IMG/VR virus record: IMGVR_UViG_3300044675_001548
Span: 54,229 to 118,228 of that record
Direction: 5' to 3' (one strand)
Origin: a virus
Length of the DNA stretch: 64,000 bases
Shown here: positions 40,601 to 49,100 of the stretch, in pieces
Numbering within the stretch: the stretch's first letter is position 1
How the letters are laid out: the number at the start of each line of letters is the position of its first letter
Notes under the pieces: model-generated
Seen by the model: only the letters and a program-made list of their open reading frames with translations
Database searches by the model: none
What the model was told of the DNA's origin: nothing
Made by a program: the position numbers and the translations under genes

Positions 40601-43161
40601 TTACCGTCAACTATAAATCTGGCATATGCATCAGAGTTAACTATGTTTGCTAAGTGTGATAACTCAATATATTTGTTTAGTGGAGATTTGGTCCACCATT
40701 CTTTGGCATCATCTATTTGTTTAGCTGTAACACCTTTTGGTAAGGTAATCTTTCTATCAAGACTAAACAGACCACTAATACCAGTACCTTTATCTGAAGG
40801 TTGAGAAACATTAGGGTTGTTTATTACCTTATTAACTTGTTCCTCAACTGAGGTTTTTGGCTCTACTTTTTCTTCAACTATATCTCCTGGTTCTGCAGTG
40901 TAATCTCTTTCAGGCTCATCTTTTGCATAGTCAGTCTCAGCAGCCTGTCCAAGTAATACACCCTTCTTATCTCCTGTATAATCAAATACTTGTACTACAT
41001 CTGGTATAACTTTATTATCTACAGTTATAGTAGCAACTTCAAGAAGAACTTTCTGTCCATGCTTTGGAAATTTAAAGTTCTCAGATTCCTGTTTTTGCTC
41101 CAAGTATATTTTAACTCCTTGGCCTTCTTTGATTGGATTAGCAATCTTAAAGTTAGCATATGGTTTACCATCAACAGTGGTTCCTGCAGCAGTTGCTCCA
41201 ATAGTTGTAGTAGTCATACTCTTTGTAGATGAAGCTTTGATAGCATCAGCAAGATCATCTTTGTTAGTTCTTACAACAGATTTCTTTTCAGCATCTTCTT
41301 TGGCCTTTTCAGCAGCAGCATCTATCTTTTCACTAAGTTCTGTTGGAACTCTGAATCTCATATATGAGTTATAGAAAGGCACAGCCTTAGCACCATTTAT
41401 AAATATCTGAGCAGGAAGAGTAGTTAAGAAATCTAGGTAGTTAGCAGGAACTAATTTACCATCTTGAAAGTCAAGATATACTTCTTGATCCAATGCTGTA
41501 TCATCATATCTGATCTTGGCTGGGAATTTTGCACCACTAGCACTAGACTTACCTGACATAAGTATCTTATAAATATCTTCTTCAGCTGTAGGTGACTTTA
41601 AATCTATAGCTTGTCTTTTATTAGACTGAGCTTTAGCTTTGTCTGCTTTCATTTCTTGTTCAGTATATGTATCATATGTAAACAAGAACTGTCCTTTTTT
41701 AAATGCAGCATAGTGTCTTTTAGTACCAAAGAATCCTTTGTCTACAAAGAACTGTGAGTAGTAAGTATTCTTATCTTCATCAGATAAGCTAGATGTAAGA
41801 GCCTTAGCTATCTTTCTTGCTAAGTCTTCTGTTATATCTGATCTATCTACCTTATATGTTTCACCTTCAATGTTTAATACTGCAGCACCGGCTTCAAATC
41901 CTTTTGATGGAGTATTAAGTATTATCATACTACTTAATATCTCATTACTATTCATAGGAAATTGTCCGGTAAGGTTCTGTAAAGTTACCTTTTGATTAGG
42001 GTCAGTTTTAATTCTAACACCTGTTGAGATACTAGTTAACTTAAGTAACTTTGATTTACCTCCTTCTACAATAGAGTTTCTTAACTCATATAGAGCTTTG
42101 AATTGTTTTTGTTGATCTTCAGCAAGACCTTTTACAAAATCAGTAAATGACATCTTTTCACCCTTTTCAAATGCAGCCTTGTCTTTGTAACCCATGAAGT
42201 TCATCATGTTCTCAGCAATCTGTTCAGGAGTTTGAATTTGATCTGTTCTACCATAGATATCAGTAACTCTATATTTGTTACCTTCTTTTCTGGCATCACG
42301 CATCATTTGGTAAACTATTCTACCACCTTTTTCTTTAGTGGACACATTACCATTATTGTCAAAGTAAATGTAGTTTCCTTTCTCATCAGTAACCACTAAA
42401 GCAACAATCTCATTTGGTTTTTTTACTTTAGGATCCGGATTCTTAATGCTATTAGCTCTTAGTACAAAGTTATTACTGTACTCAGTTCTATCATTTACTG
42501 AAAGCTTAGATAGTAATATTGTTTTTAGTTTCAAGGTTTTACCCTGGAAAACAAAATCAGTATTAAGATCTCTGCCTAAATCATTTCTCATCTCATCATT
42601 TATCTTTCTAAGAGTAGCATAGATATATGATTTGTCTGGGTCTATTTGTTCTGCAAAGCTTTCAGGTTTTTTATTTGGATCTACTGTAAGATACTCTTCA
42701 AATGTAGAGCTAAAAGCACTGTCTGCTTTGTAATCATCTGTATCTTTAAACTCTGGTCTTGGTTTAACCGGGACAGGTTCTTCATCTTCACTAGCCTCTT
42801 CTTCTGCCTCAGCTATAATACTAAGTTGTTCTGGTGTTAAACCTCCACTAACCATTTTAAGAGTTTCAGCATAACCAGTCTCCGGGTTCATCAATGTTCT
42901 AGCTAGATTTCTAAGATCAGTCTCTGGACTTATCTCAACATCATCTAGTCTATAGCTTAATATACCAGCAAGATAAGGTATTGCTTGAACATACTCAACA
43001 GCAGGGCCTTCACCCTGTCTTTCTCTAAGTTGCTCATATAGTCTAGACATTAAAGTTCTAACATCAAAGGGTGTTCCTTCAGGAACATTTTGCATGTTTT
43101 TATAAACTACAGCATATAATACCTCCAACTGCTGGTTTCCCAGTGTACATGTAATAGCCAT
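31672..43161 (-). CDS. Giant virion-associated DNA-dependent RNA polymerase (crAss-like), with zincin, ParB/Srx-like and SLOG-like accessory domains
   Basis: RIPxQ at 35812-35820 and GGDFDVDK (DxDxD, 35689-35703); also EADGQGY and TQLRK segments; HEAWH at 40516-40530. Confidence 0.88.
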   Translation of the reverse strand: MAITCTLGNQQLEVLYAVVYKNMQNVPEGTPFDVRTLMSRLYEQLRERQGEGPAVEYVQAIPYLAGILSYRLDDVEISPETDLRNLARTLMNPETGYAETLKMVSGGLTPEQLSIIAEAEEEASEDEEPVPVKPRPEFKDTDDYKADSAFSSTFEEYLTVDPNKKPESFAEQIDPDKSYIYATLRKINDEMRNDLGRDLNTDFVFQGKTLKLKTILLSKLSVNDRTEYSNNFVLRANSIKNPDPKVKKPNEIVALVVTDEKGNYIYFDNNGNVSTKEKGGRIVYQMMRDARKEGNKYRVTDIYGRTDQIQTPEQIAENMMNFMGYKDKAAFEKGEKMSFTDFVKGLAEDQQKQFKALYELRNSIVEGGKSKLLKLTSISTGVRIKTDPNQKVTLQNLTGQFPMNSNEILSSMIILNTPSKGFEAGAAVLNIEGETYKVDRSDITEDLARKIAKALTSSLSDEDKNTYYSQFFVDKGFFGTKRHYAAFKKGQFLFTYDTYTEQEMKADKAKAQSNKRQAIDLKSPTAEEDIYKILMSGKSSASGAKFPAKIRYDDTALDQEVYLDFQDGKLVPANYLDFLTTLPAQIFINGAKAVPFYNSYMRFRVPTELSEKIDAAAEKAKEDAEKKSVVRTNKDDLADAIKASSTKSMTTTTIGATAAGTTVDGKPYANFKIANPIKEGQGVKIYLEQKQESENFKFPKHGQKVLLEVATITVDNKVIPDVVQVFDYTGDKKGVLLGQAAETDYAKDEPERDYTAEPGDIVEEKVEPKTSVEEQVNKVINNPNVSQPSDKGTGISGLFSLDRKITLPKGVTAKQIDDAKEWWTKSPLNKYIELSHLANIVNSDAYARFIVDGNTLANGGKPAKIEIYKSGSFTDVYHEAWHGFSQLYLTRDEKKALYAEVFETGLVQNYSFREMEELLAEDFRKYALNQKTKKGSPVRNTLFRKIWNFIKKLFGIPGVQDMSPNLAEQSDTVNELFYRLYMAGENPNLLNIYTPLVDNVMFDILNRGINNVSQPKEDSLNKQDAVLVSESIDSVISEIVDEVNNDPSNNYGKSGTLKLLTKSENKVQLYELVRQRFQERLRQIQGEGPGKITYMPEKPFNSFQDADALEKNAAAVIRDKDGNHKYVFLRSQIDDYNNLDLDTKAGTRQKGELYKETIEIISDFYKHKAVNNINDQPADILIVTDIEEAKNQYDNYIKGKAKTFTSIDINEDVVNTLPEVPYEQSQELDNVRILQTALNNWGDPTTGVIKYHIENSRFDLIRQKVTDIDAEKDATGDATASEKFEKKAGEMSLLEMADQEIVYILKSLFKQTKKGTKFITTNNKLGFKDLGNFNQNWKNTVRTLNGITDPKQMYTAIVEASKIYPEFEQLLNKIPDPSLPTTPAENDIITSMWQTFQKPAATLLQLTGFKQDDGSIITELTNAAVDVANTIREFGNRFKADTRDAYIERIDNQSMLNVTALIRNFSDANGNLDPDKTFKFLNAMGFYLDDLKVIKDELNSIQGVKKYGVNYIFNTIKAISYSENAKTVSKAAADVISEFKKDPLATLIKGISPQIIGPPSSFVYTAGSKQKNFVEKIAGLQVKYGVDASNFTALNPERNLVNKHIEHSSASMIINGFNQATKLEDFWKKDELKYMSSFNPAVNPFVEDLQITKSLFDLSKPEKARRTSRSLDLILDMGTQIAEFTVEDDEGNKITKSIGTNTTSLDQYSKFLQEFHTFFKGGLQEFLRAGSKSTAMALRIEGGIMSEIGDRKDPRYYVDLDKFLPEGNAESFAFDNIILPYISAETERINRFKNSSIAKNYTGYNREFKDGKMYGESYVYFDSILDKDLQDDILAVVNKPGVKLKDYIKNDPKLYDRIKQRVTKYFNDSTEEVYEYLQKAKYIDKTVMDRLNVPNLTNSEKERILAKAYMYNAWIHNFEISQVIFGDIAQFNHKKEEFHKRTSGAISSGPKIRTDKAFRDFINDVNSKETGFTWDRNAYAKTVGSSDYVKFTYNGTVNTAIMQDADRDSIYKPIIEKAIREDYEKRYAGKPNAAEEVEKRVKIEADKYLNMTEADGQGYITIDAYRTLKKGMNKWSDQQEALYKKIVARQEITAADVVNFFPVFKLQNYGNLAGTVLPVTAMHKFALMPLIPSVIKGSDLETLHHEMLRNNIQYATFASGSKVGGVTADGKPDNIFADKEQKIIKDKLTLTPNTVYVEYLKESASVPDYSKGKVVFATQLRKLLLNGLYESGKLINTKNESAANRYKAAVDNYTNLLKLELLDEINFKKEGDSYKGNIENLLRLIQRELRRKDMPEHLVEAIGLNEDGTLKNDLSIHLDAQTIEKTIMSIVEKRFVKQKLYGEALVQVSSTLTRGMWSGGVKFTEGTEAEREKLLGSNTLPFYEPGKDGNTNAMKVSIGIQGEFNNLLNKEWKGEKIGTIQRLNELIKDEEWLNTDDNRKSITLSAVRIPVQGLNSMEFMEVYHFMDPSADNMIFVPSELVAKSGGDFDVDKLTTFFPHIASDGTYVTSKENTKDFINKINAEREKTNKSFAGQIKAQKKAAENEILESIKGVLELPDNYVNLVRPNDTYILQDISEELENIVSDYDRFVGGDKDGKKITPSITLHPLYNVHKHGVNMEGKDVLGIAANENAISPVFDSIGAAMPKDYYLTKFSKKLGRDVELKDKPKVPMRLFLPHNKTDDGRISLSKIYDADGINSVAELFSQAINGTVDVEKNPWIFFIQGNMEVASTLFYLFKAGVPVRDAIFFVSNPLVRQYVDNQKRLKSAYGEFTGDAPKNQNFVKYNSAEMVVNGVISQLLRNVVKEHKGDMFVVTQGPFDFKPKVNRMSVEVFIEEVRNGNLEVSLIKRLEKISGSPQTKILYTKPEITSTTYAKSVSNYVNKPNVLKNGVFSSADMEKLVKEPGQENSNLAISMFLHYLEIEKQLKGISTAKSNAKPDTQTFKSPQEILYRDVNIDLLANNSKVDPTLMTSLQTDSVLSSLFDKEIIMSMLNPLFKLRDNTLLNDFILSKIRLNADLIKANFGQGKDGASRFIDEYKNAMINFIYQNYMSNIIDSNGKISNRPDDYRGHKVTSNNSQEKDVIINKDAEGTITGISVNYNLIESDYNNNLYLGKNNAVDNSYFKRGLKTFKEDDALFPDKTSFIKYVIEREYLRDIYKDTIPAASLEMYLADKALMNTFNRTAIMKDNEHSYTDKIMNIIKNFPQLKAQFPILEQISRVPSKTGDNMLTLNDRKIISGSEAQIYVQNIKQLADPNIKKVEDPISNKVISDVFGLFPQMMVYQHGVGKSKYGFNSALPVDKYNTIMKYASKVFSDNYMNNNAFQIIFDRLTQVKTPFKSYMLDAEKLSEAGNRRLSPEALKLANEVAPGFIQSSYDEDQIIEFFDELSKINEPIESTKETADGAREFLKDFLKKYPQYNEKTKIKERKTANFAIAQILIYNELVKEQSETDEEGPTPGTQLNLFGEEPTQPTVQPVGEVKEGVPELFDSNPELANAVYEAAGFIRLDNVVDEVFGSKDESTIENYSNNGFWWVKKTLPLSEIKLGNFGQRSEEENNKYTESLKKEGQKVPGIVDSNGILNDGYHRYFSLKNAGINIMTVYAPITPQQKQQAQQLYSQYVEQTGKQDIEGFKQFVSTQPTAPVSTGFQGYKGGFENVGKGTPQGDGKDKAMRQIADGFIGEVLDRNKQTSSNFSAKSIYEKDKTNNTLDYFDNAPTVVAYRETGVDGNKVVMLARNGELKNKPLSSETKNQIEIAFNNGGEFVVGDMPGVDSQFIDYLQEIGAKFTIYHTGSIPRIELDNTGNLTNFTERKDTEEDDSDDLDNNCTNPFLGE

Positions 43162-46100
43162 TACTCACAAATATTTTGGTTAAATAATCTTTCTTCTAAG
43201 TCTTCAATACTCATTGAATCTGCCTCAGCTTCAATAGCATCTAATCTATTAAAGTCTTTTACAAACTCATCAATATTTGCTTTGGACTTAGCAACTATAT
43301 CTTGTTCTTTTTTAGTTAAAGGTTTTTCAGTTGTAGCTTTCATGTCTTCTAGACTATCTTTTAAAGTTGTTAATGCATTTACTTGTGCAAATGTAAGGTT
43401 TTCTGTTTTCTTACCTCTAGCTTTTCTAACAGTAACTCCTGTATCACTTACATCAGTTATCACTAAAGTATTTCCATAAATGGCCCACTTAGCCCCTCTT
43501 ATAAATATAGGTGTTTTTACAATAAGTTTGTCATTTTCTTTAAGATTTTCTTTATTTAATTTCAGAACTCCTTCAGATAATGAGTCAAGTTTCTCTTGTA
43601 ACTGGTTAGATAATTCAACAACTTCTGCCGCACTCAGTTTCTTAACAGCTTTATTTAAACTAGCTTGTGCTGCTTTAATAGAATCTTTAGATTTGGCAAG
43701 TCTGATCTTCATTGCAAGTTGTGCAGCCATATCAGGATCTCCTTTTCCAACACCAATAGGTTTTTCTTCAAGAGTTTCTTGAGCTTTAACTGCAGGTGAC
43801 GGAGCATCATCAGCATCTTGTCTTGGAATGCTTTCTAGATTAGCGGCCTCAGCAGATTCTTTAGACTCAACAGCCACACCTTTTCTAGGTATAATAGAGT
43901 CAATTTCTTTCTGGTAAATGCTTTTATCTAATGGTATCTCATATGAACCTGGTAATAATCCTGAAGCAACTTTTGGAGACTGTGCACTTAGTACTTTACC
44001 TGTCTCATCATCTTTAGTTATTTCAATTGGGAATATACCTATAGAGGCATTAAGACCTGTCATATTGAATAACAAGTTAGCATAGGCTGTTTGCTGTAAG
44101 ATATAGTCTTTTTGTTTTTGGTAGCCAAATTTCTTTTTGTCCTGGAAGTTATTCCATTTACTAGCCTCACCTGTTTTAACGTCAACTATCTTAACATTAC
44201 CATCTCTGTCTACTATGATGATATCTATCTCACCGGCTATACCAGCATCCTTGTCAAATACTCTGATGTCTTTGGTATATACAGCAATCTCATTTCTATC
44301 AAACTTAGCTTTAAGATCTGTAACAATACCTTCTGGACCAAACAAATTGTTATATGCTATTCTGGTTATGCTGTTTTCATCATATACAGCTTTACCTATC
44401 TTAGGGTCAAATATGTTTTTGATTTGGTTATCAATGTAGTTACCTGCAATTCTAGAAGCTTCATAAGTCTTCTCTTTGACTATAGCCATAACCTCATTTC
44501 TAATCTCATCTGAAAGACTACTTGTGTCTCCACTTGTTTGAGCTGATGGGTCTTGATACTCTATTGATATAAAACTTGCATCATCATTTTTATGATTTTT
44601 TCTAAAGTCATCAAAATTTAAGCTCTTTCCAAAACCTGCTTTTATAAAGTCTTGTATTGCTTCTTTAGTTTCAATAAAGTCAGATGCTAAAACAAGTCTT
44701 TCACCAGGTTTAAGTTCAACTGTATATTTTGATATCTTTTTAGCAGGCTCAGCACTTGTGTTACCATTAGAATCAACACCCCATGTAAAGCCATCTACAA
44801 AAGGTGAAGTACTCAGACCTTCTGCTTGTCTTATGTTATTATTTTTATCTACTACAAAAAAAACAGCATCACCTACATGTTCAATCTCATATTTATTATT
44901 ACTAACTCTTTGAGCTTTTACACCAACAGCACCAACAGCTCTTGTTAACCAGCTATCTTTATCAGTTATAGATTCTGGATCTTTTAAAATTCTAAGTAGA
45001 CCATTTATAGCAATTATAGTAGGATCCGCAAGACCAGAAAAACTTGTATTATCAAACTTTACAGAATCTGAAATAAAACCATTACTCTGTAATAGTTTAA
45101 ATATTTCTTCTGTAGTAACTTGATTGTTTGCTTTATAAGCATTTGCTATAATATCAAAAGGATTTTTTTCCTTAACACCTCTAAATTGATTTATCATCAA
45201 TCTAGCAGCATCATGTGGCTGAAAGAAAGGTACTTTATTTACTCCACCCATTCCATCAGCAACAATAAATACACCTTTGTTATTATCTACAAAAACTGCA
45301 TCTTGATTCTGTCTAGATGAATCTTTACCCATTTTACCAGCAGCTCCAAAAATAACCCCATCTTCCTCTTTTATTTCAGCTTCGGTTGGCTGGAAAATAG
45401 TTGATGTTTTAGTAGCTTTTGGTTTACCACCTTTTAAAGTAGGTAAGATTTTTTCTAATTCTCTTTTTAGTTCATTGTATGTGTACTCACTAAAGCCACC
45501 AGGTCTTTTAGTTCTTAAGTCTGTAATGAAATCTTCTACAGACTTTCCTTTTACAAGTGTCTGATTTACAGATGCTAGCACTTTAGTTTCATCTGAATAA
45601 GAATACTCAGTTACACCAAGCTCTTCAATAGCTTTAGTAACCCTTCTCATCAATTGATTTTCTACATAGTAGGCTTCATTAATTTTTTCAAGCTTAGACT
45701 GAGCATCAAACACAAGTTGTAGTCTATTGATAGTCTCTTGCATTTTTTCAGATACCTCTTTAGTATCTCTACTCTTAAGGTATCTATCAATCTTTGCTTT
45801 ATCGGCCTTAGCTTCTGCTAGCATTAAGTTCTCATCAGGAGTTCTCTTATCCTTATTCTGCATATTGTTAATCTGCATCATAAGCAACTGTCTGTTCTTT
45901 TTAATTACAGACTCTGGCTGATCAGTTAGATCAACTTCTTTACCTGATAATTTTATAACTAATTTTTCTGGAACTCCTGTGACTTCAGTAGCAGCAGTAA
46001 GTTTAGACTTTTTATTATACTCATCAATAATTCTTCTAGCTACACCACTTGTTCTAGCAAATGCTCTAAGCTCATTAAAGAACTGCTCATCATCAAACTC

Positions 46101-49100
46101 TTCAGCTTCAGGAAAGTTTTTGATAAATGCTTCTTGTAATTGATCTTGTAAGGCTTTATCTAGAGTACTAAAGTCATCTGTTGCACTGTATACTGCAGGC
46201 TCAGCTTTCTTAGTTTCAGCTTTAGCAGCCGGAGTTTCCTCTTCTGCTTCAGCTTGAGCAGTTTTCTTTTCAGCATACTTGTTTATAACATCAGCCTTTT
46301 TGTTTTTGTAAACATTCTCAATTTCTTGAGCTTGTTCCGGATCTGGTTTTAACTCTTGTGTGTATCTCTTATTGTCAATAATATCTAGTTTCATTGATTT
46401 AAGATCAACAAGAGCACCTGTATTCACATTATTAAAAGTACCATCTTCTGATCTGTATAGACTAATCTCATCCTGACCATCTTTGGTTTTAAATGTAATG
46501 TCTATATACTCAGTATTCTGTACTTGATCTTCTATGTCTTTAGCTGTAACTTTAGAACCTTTACTTGGTTCAACAGGGTCCAATTGAGTTGTTACTTCTA
46601 CTTTTGGAAGGGCATCTAACTCCTGAGCCTTTTGTGCATCAAGTTCTTCAAGTTCTTTTTTAAGCTCCTCATCATAGTTAAGGTTCTCATCAAGAACACC
46701 AGCTTGTCTTGCTAGAAATGCTGCATCAAAAATTGCAGAAAATCTATCATACTCAGCTGTACCTTCTCTTACTACTATATTCTTTTGATCATTAAAGAAT
46801 TCATCTGGTACCTGGCCAGTTTGTTGCCATCTTTCAAAGTCATCTAGGCTTACATAAAAGTTCTCATCAGCTAACTGGTTTAACAAAGCATTGTCTGCAA
46901 ATGCATTCATGCTAGCTTGGATCTGATCCTTATAGTAATCTTTTCTGTTCTCCCATAACTTTTTCATCCACTCAAAATGCCTTTCAACAAGATCAGCAAA
47001 GTCTCCTGGATTGTTAAGTAGGTTAACATACTTGGCCATATCTCTAGATTCTTTTTCTAGATTATAATAATCAAGTATCTTTTCAAATGCTGTTTCTGCA
47101 GCTTCATCAAAATAGGTATCATCACTAACACCGGCAACAGCTTTAAGATAATCTTTGTATGCTCTCTCAAATAAAGAGTCCACTTTATTGTCTGACTCAT
47201 TAGATCTTCTAACCATATTCTGAGCTTCTAGTTCTCTATCAAGTAGTTCATCTAGTTCTTCCTCAGTTATCTGTTCTTTCTGTTCATCTGTAAGAGTATC
47301 TATAAAGTCAGATTTAATTTTACTTGGATCTGCAGCATAGTGCTTACTTCTATAGTTAAGTGCTTTAAGGAAGTTATCCATTGCGGATATCTTGGTCTCT
47401 ATCTTGTCTGCCTTTGCTGCATCATCTGCTTTACCGGACTGTCTAAGTGTCTCAACCTCATATCTCAACATCTCCATCTCAGATTTCATTCTAGATGGTT
47501 CAAATATAGACTGCATCTCTGCAGCTGACATGTTCTTTAAAGGTTTCTCAGCCAACAGTGTATTTGCCATATCATACATCCGTGACATGGTGTCATCATA
47601 TGTATGTTTAAAGAACACTGCATTTTTCTTACCTTCTGCTAGAGCTGACTTATATATAGCAGCTCTGTTATAATCATCACTACCTTTCTTATAGTCATCA
47701 AGGTTTATTTGATCTGGGTACTTTTGGTTCAGATTCTTATAAGTAGTTTGCATGTTGTCAGCATGCTTTAGGATATCATCTATTCTAGCTTGATATTCTG
47801 CACCTGTACCTTTTTCAAAACCAAGAGCCTCTTCAAATTCCTCAGGAGTGTACTGTTTAAATGAACTTAAGTGATCTTTAAAAAAGTCAAGAGTGTTAGT
47901 TTCAAAGGCTGTGGTAAGTTGATTAATAAATGATTCTGACTTAGCATCATTTACTTCTTTAGTATTACCATTTTTAGTAATTATATTTGCTCTGTGTTGA
48001 GCAGCAAAGTTTGTAATCTTTGAATTAAAAAACTCAGTTGGATCTGCACCTAAAGCATTAAGATTATTGACCATCTGAGTACCAACTTTTTGTTTGGCAT
48101 CTACGTATTCTTGGTATTTTTCATTGTTAAACAATCTAGCTTTACCATAGCTTAATAGAGGTATTGCTTGATTTAGTGGAGCACCAAATAGACCCATCAC
48201 AAACCCAGAAGCAAATGTTTCAAGACCTTTTCCTGTAAACTGACCAGCTAAAGATGTATTAAATAAACTCTTTGCATAATTAAAATTAGCTAGTGCAGGA
48301 TCTTTATATGACTCTACATAATAATTTTTTGTAGTTTCAGAAATTACTTCTTGTAAGTTTTCTTGAATACCTTCAGAAAAGTTTGCTTTAGCATAACCTA
48401 ATACTTTAGGAATTGCTCTTACAGGATCTTTAGCTAGACCTTTAATAGAGTTCATTAAAGAGTTTTCTACATATCTAAAAGAACCTTTCATTCCTTTTTG
48501 AGCACCTGCTTTAACTGTTTCTTTTGCTGCTTTTTTACCAGCATTTTCAAATATAATTTTACCTGCTTTTAAGTCAAGGATATCTCTTGTTTTTGCCCTT
48601 ATAAAATTATTAATGCCACCTCTTGGTCCAAGAATATTTGGAAACATTATTTTATTAGAGGCATGTATAATAGCAGCATTCCATCCTAATGCAGTGATAC
48701 CAGCTTCTTTAGCTTGTTTATACATTAGTTCTTGTTCTTTATTACTTGGTCTTCTACCTGTTTCTTGATAAAAATCAGAGTATAGTTTATCATATGTATC
48801 ATTTTGAACAAATCCTCCTTCTAATCTTGCTTCTGAAAGAGCCATATTTAAACCTCTTACGTCTCTATATAAACCACCAGCTGTTTTACCTACAGCTTGT
48901 GTTGTTCTAGCAAGTCCTGTAAGGTTGTCTGAATTTCTTACTATACTTTCTATAGCATCAAATGTATTGTCTGCGGGATTTATGAATTTGCCAATTGGTG
49001 TATCTGCAGCAGATTTTACTTTACTCCAAAAAGATCTTGTATTGTTTATATCATCAAGAGTCTTTAATGAAGCCTTCATAGCTTTAGTACCATCAACAGC

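Noticed and set aside
21736-43161. Inteins or group I introns in PolB or RNAP
   Set aside because: No Cys/Ser-start plus His-Asn-end splicing motifs or LAGLIDADG blocks seen; PolB motifs are contiguous; the terminal Cys of the giant proteins are not at intein positions.
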